Assembly (NCBI GenBank): GCA_965662045.1
Contig: CBFIGE010000008.1
Location: 33,291 to 97,290, forward strand
Length of the DNA stretch: 64,000 nucleotides
From: Flavobacteriaceae bacterium
GTDB lineage: Bacteria; Bacteroidota; Bacteroidia; Flavobacteriales; Flavobacteriaceae
Direction of reading: 5' to 3'
The notes under the pieces: generated by a model
The model's input: the letters and a program-made list of their open reading frames with translations, nothing else
Database searches by the model: none
Told to the model about the DNA's origin: nothing
Made by a program: the position numbers and the translations under genes
Part shown: piece by piece, positions 61,234 to 64,000 of the stretch
How positions within the stretch are numbered: position 1 is the stretch's first letter
How the letters are laid out: each line of letters begins with the position of its first letter

Positions 61234-61926
61234 ATGAAATTAAAAACTATTATTGTTGATGATTCAACCATGCAGAGAATGGCGATTTCCAAACTCGTAA
61301 GCAAACATCCACAATTGAATCTCATTGCAGAGTACAGCAATGCAATTGAAGCGAGGAATGCGCTTAAAAATTATGAAATCGATCTTATATTTTTGGATAT
61401 TGAAATGCCTATAATCAATGGATTCGATTTATTAGAAGCTCTCGACAACCCACCACAGGTCGTTTTGATTACTGGTAAAACAGACTATGCCTTAAAGGCA
61501 TTTGACTATGACGTAACCGACTACCTGCACAAACCAATAACTCCAACTCGCTTTGACGCCTCCGTTCGAAGAGTAGTTAGTCGAGTACAAAGCAATACAA
61601 TTAATGAAGAAAACGAGGAACACATTTTTGTCAAAAGTAACTTGAAAAAGAAGAAAGTATTCTTAAATCAAATCAAATGGGTTGAAGCCCTAGGGGATTA
61701 TATTAAATTAGTGACCGACGAATCAAACGTGGTTATTCTCTCAACAATGAAAGCTTTTGAAAGACAGTTACCAGAAGACAAGTTTCTAAGAATTCACAAA
61801 TCTTACATTGTCAACCTGGACCGAATTCAACGCTTCAATTCTAAAAATGTCGAGATTGAAAATCACTCAATACCATTGAGTAGAAACAAAAAGTTAGCTT
61901 TAACCGAAGCACTGACAAGTATTTAA
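61234..61926 (+). CDS. LytR/AlgR (LytTR) family response regulator, no adjacent kinase
   Basis: 230 aa. Receiver (IIVDD, LDIEMP, KP) plus a LytTR domain (I.WVEALGDYIKL, FLRIHKSYIVNL). Confidence 0.9.
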   Translation: MKLKTIIVDDSTMQRMAISKLVSKHPQLNLIAEYSNAIEARNALKNYEIDLIFLDIEMPIINGFDLLEALDNPPQVVLITGKTDYALKAFDYDVTDYLHKPITPTRFDASVRRVVSRVQSNTINEENEEHIFVKSNLKKKKVFLNQIKWVEALGDYIKLVTDESNVVILSTMKAFERQLPEDKFLRIHKSYIVNLDRIQRFNSKNVEIENHSIPLSRNKKLALTEALTSI

Positions 61927-64000
61927 ATATGGTCTATGTGATAAGCTAGACGAACACCTTGAAAAGTTCCAACAGCATTAAACGAATTTTCCATTCTTTT
62001 TAATTGTTTACGAAGATCTAGTAAGTTTCGCTCCGTATGTATCTTAATTATGATATTTTGTAAATACCAATTTCTAATGCGACTAACCGCCGGAGCCTGA
62101 GGTCCCAAAACATTTATTCCTGGAATTCGTTTATAGGCAGAAACGAGATATTTAGCAGCCCTAAGATTGGTTTCAAAGTTTTTCGATTTTGTTTGAATTC
62201 GAATGATTTTGACGTGTGGCGGATATTTAAATTGTATGCGCTCATTCAGTTCAGATGACGTTATCGCATTTAAATTATAATCTACCGCCCATTGCAGTAC
62301 GGGGTGATGAGGATCAAAACTTTGTGCATAAAGCATAGCATTTCCTTCAACTGAATCACTTCGCCCTGCCCTTCCAGCCAATTGAATTAATCTTTGAAAG
62401 GCCCATTCGTGGGCGCGATAATCTTGATTAAACAAAAGTTGGTCAACATTGACCACAGCTACCAATCCTACATTTAAAAAATCAATCCCTCGACTCAAAA
62501 CTTGTGTTCCCACAAGCATATGGATTTCATTACTGTTAAAGGCTTCAATGATTTTCATTCCAGTATCCTTTCTTGAGCTACTTGAACGATCAAATCGTTC
62601 AATAGTATAATCTGGGTAAAGTTCTTTTAATTGCATTTGAATTTGCTCTACTCCTATACCTTTATGATCCATTTGATCTGATTTACAGACCGAACAGCTT
62701 CGTTTAATTCCCTCTTCAAACCCACAATAATGACACATCAAAGCTTGTCGATGTTGGTAAAAGGTTAATTTCACATCACAATTTGGACATTCTGGACTAT
62801 GACCACAGCTGTTACATTGCATAAAACTGGCATAGCCTTTTCTGTTTTGAAAAAAAAGGACTTGATTACCATTAGCTAAGACCTCATCGACTTTAGACAA
62901 TAATTCTCTTGAAAATACGCCTTGCATTTGTTTCTTCTTGTAGGCACTTTTTAAATCAATCAAATAAATACCCGTTCTCGGTCTACGACTGTAAGAGATA
63001 TCTAAACTTACTTTGGTAAATTTATTTTGAGTTTCGTCTTTTCGATTGGCTTTCCAAAAAACATCGAAAGAAGGTGTAGCTGTGCCCAGTAAAGCATAGG
63101 CGTTCAACATTTTAGACAGATATAGTGCAGCGTCTCGAGCATGATATCTTGGTGAAGGATCTTGTTGTTTATAAGATTGTTCGTGTTCTTCATCTACAAT
63201 AACTAAACCCAAATTTTTGAAAGGCAAAAAAATTGAAGATCTCGTTCCGATAACAATAAAGGCTTCATCTGAAGCATTAATGGTTTTCCAAATCTCCACT
63301 AACTCAGATGAACTTCTCTTGGAATTATAAAGTAAACATTGATTTGGAAAACGCTTGATAAACCTAGAAAATAATTCTGCAGAAAGACTCAATTCAGGAG
63401 TTAGAATAAGAACGTGTTTTTTACTTTGTAGAAAGTGCTCAGCTAATTGCATATAAACAACACTTTTGCCAGAACCAGATACGGCCTGAAATAGAACATT
63501 GCGTTTTTCAGCAAAGGCTAAAAGAATTTTGTCATAAGCAAGCCTCTGTTCCTGAGTAAGTTCAAATAAAAATTCAGTTGCTCTGTCATCAAATAAAATT
63601 CTGGATTTTTCAATTTCTTCGATGTAGAATATATTTTTTTTAACCAGTTGCTTCAAAATAGTTCTTGAAGTACCAGCAGCTTTAAGAAGACTTTTAACTG
63701 GTATTTGATCAGCGTCGCGCCTCAACTGAAAAAACGACATCAACAGGCTTCTTTGAGCTGGGGCTCGATGTACCATTTCCAGATAAGAAGTAAGTTCTTT
63801 TTCATCTGTGAGTCCCACAAATTCATCAAACTTAACCTTGAATTTATCTACAACGATATCTTTTCTTTCTATAAGGTTTTGTTCAATTAATTTTGAAGCA
63901 ATTTTTATAGGGTTTTTGACCTCTAAAAACTGCGCTATATCACCTAAACTAAGCTCAGTCTTTTCAAGAGCCTCACACAATAAATATGATTTTTCGTCGA
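61923..64000 (-). CDS. priA: primosomal protein N' (PriA helicase), 5' end off-window
   Basis: Walker A VSGSGKS, DEEH box VIVDEEHE, Cys-rich Zn insertion (CNSCGHSPECPNCDVKLTFY....L.CHYCG) and GRAGR. The frame stays open past the TTG listed at 63980 to the window edge. Confidence 0.93.
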   Translation of the reverse strand, partial: DEKSYLLCEALEKTELSLGDIAQFLEVKNPIKIASKLIEQNLIERKDIVVDKFKVKFDEFVGLTDEKELTSYLEMVHRAPAQRSLLMSFFQLRRDADQIPVKSLLKAAGTSRTILKQLVKKNIFYIEEIEKSRILFDDRATEFLFELTQEQRLAYDKILLAFAEKRNVLFQAVSGSGKSVVYMQLAEHFLQSKKHVLILTPELSLSAELFSRFIKRFPNQCLLYNSKRSSSELVEIWKTINASDEAFIVIGTRSSIFLPFKNLGLVIVDEEHEQSYKQQDPSPRYHARDAALYLSKMLNAYALLGTATPSFDVFWKANRKDETQNKFTKVSLDISYSRRPRTGIYLIDLKSAYKKKQMQGVFSRELLSKVDEVLANGNQVLFFQNRKGYASFMQCNSCGHSPECPNCDVKLTFYQHRQALMCHYCGFEEGIKRSCSVCKSDQMDHKGIGVEQIQMQLKELYPDYTIERFDRSSSSRKDTGMKIIEAFNSNEIHMLVGTQVLSRGIDFLNVGLVAVVNVDQLLFNQDYRAHEWAFQRLIQLAGRAGRSDSVEGNAMLYAQSFDPHHPVLQWAVDYNLNAITSSELNERIQFKYPPHVKIIRIQTKSKNFETNLRAAKYLVSAYKRIPGINVLGPQAPAVSRIRNWYLQNIIIKIHTERNLLDLRKQLKRMENSFNAVGTFQGVRLAYHIDHI

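Noticed and set aside
61083-61340. 85-aa minus-strand ORF in the rpsF / response-regulator spacer
   Set aside because: It overlaps the start of the well-supported LytTR regulator on the other strand and has no motif. I could not verify from sequence alone whether the spacer holds an rpsF (S6:S18-binding) leader structure.

Overview
This 64 kb window is AT-rich and densely packed. It reads like chromosomal core DNA of a Flavobacteriia-type Bacteroidota genome. That assignment rests on gene content and synteny only: a coaBC / DUF4835 (PorD-like) / recN block, bamD and a Bacteroidota-style rpoZ, a DUF4249 gene paired with a CarboxypepD-type TonB receptor, and TAnnTTTG-like -7 boxes.

About 70 protein genes are supportable, most of them housekeeping:
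- glyA, clpB, smpB, pcm, miaA, coaE, fabI, recN, coaBC, dapA, ligA, prmC, ribD and dnaA
- mltG, dapF, htrA, trmD, rplS, monomeric icd, hisS, rplI-rpsR-rpsF and priA

The first and last genes (a glutamine cyclotransferase and priA) run off the window edges. I saw no rRNA, tRNA, CRISPR array, transposase, integrase or recognisable defence system. I cannot honestly point to a clear new multi-gene system.

Four places deserve a second look:
1. An in-frame MiaA-gluconokinase fusion at 10.6-12.0 kb.
2. A gene-poor stretch at about 15.3-18.7 kb, atypical for this compact genome. It holds a Kazal-type lipoprotein, a run of tiny membrane-protein genes, a Cys-rich 41-aa ORF, two stop-free ORFs without canonical start codons, and two related ~75-nt elements that each end in a terminator hairpin. 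One of those elements has no upstream gene and is an sRNA candidate.
3. A second loose region at 41.7-43.5 kb with an orphan ribbon-helix-helix gene, micro-ORFs and structured RNA-like hairpins.
4. A perfect tandem 11-bp repeat over the -33 region of the htrA promoter.

Gene strand bias flips around dnaA (34.5-36.7 kb), which suggests the replication origin is nearby, but I found no convincing DnaA boxes by eye. All functional calls come from reading the supplied translations for family motifs. No database search was run.
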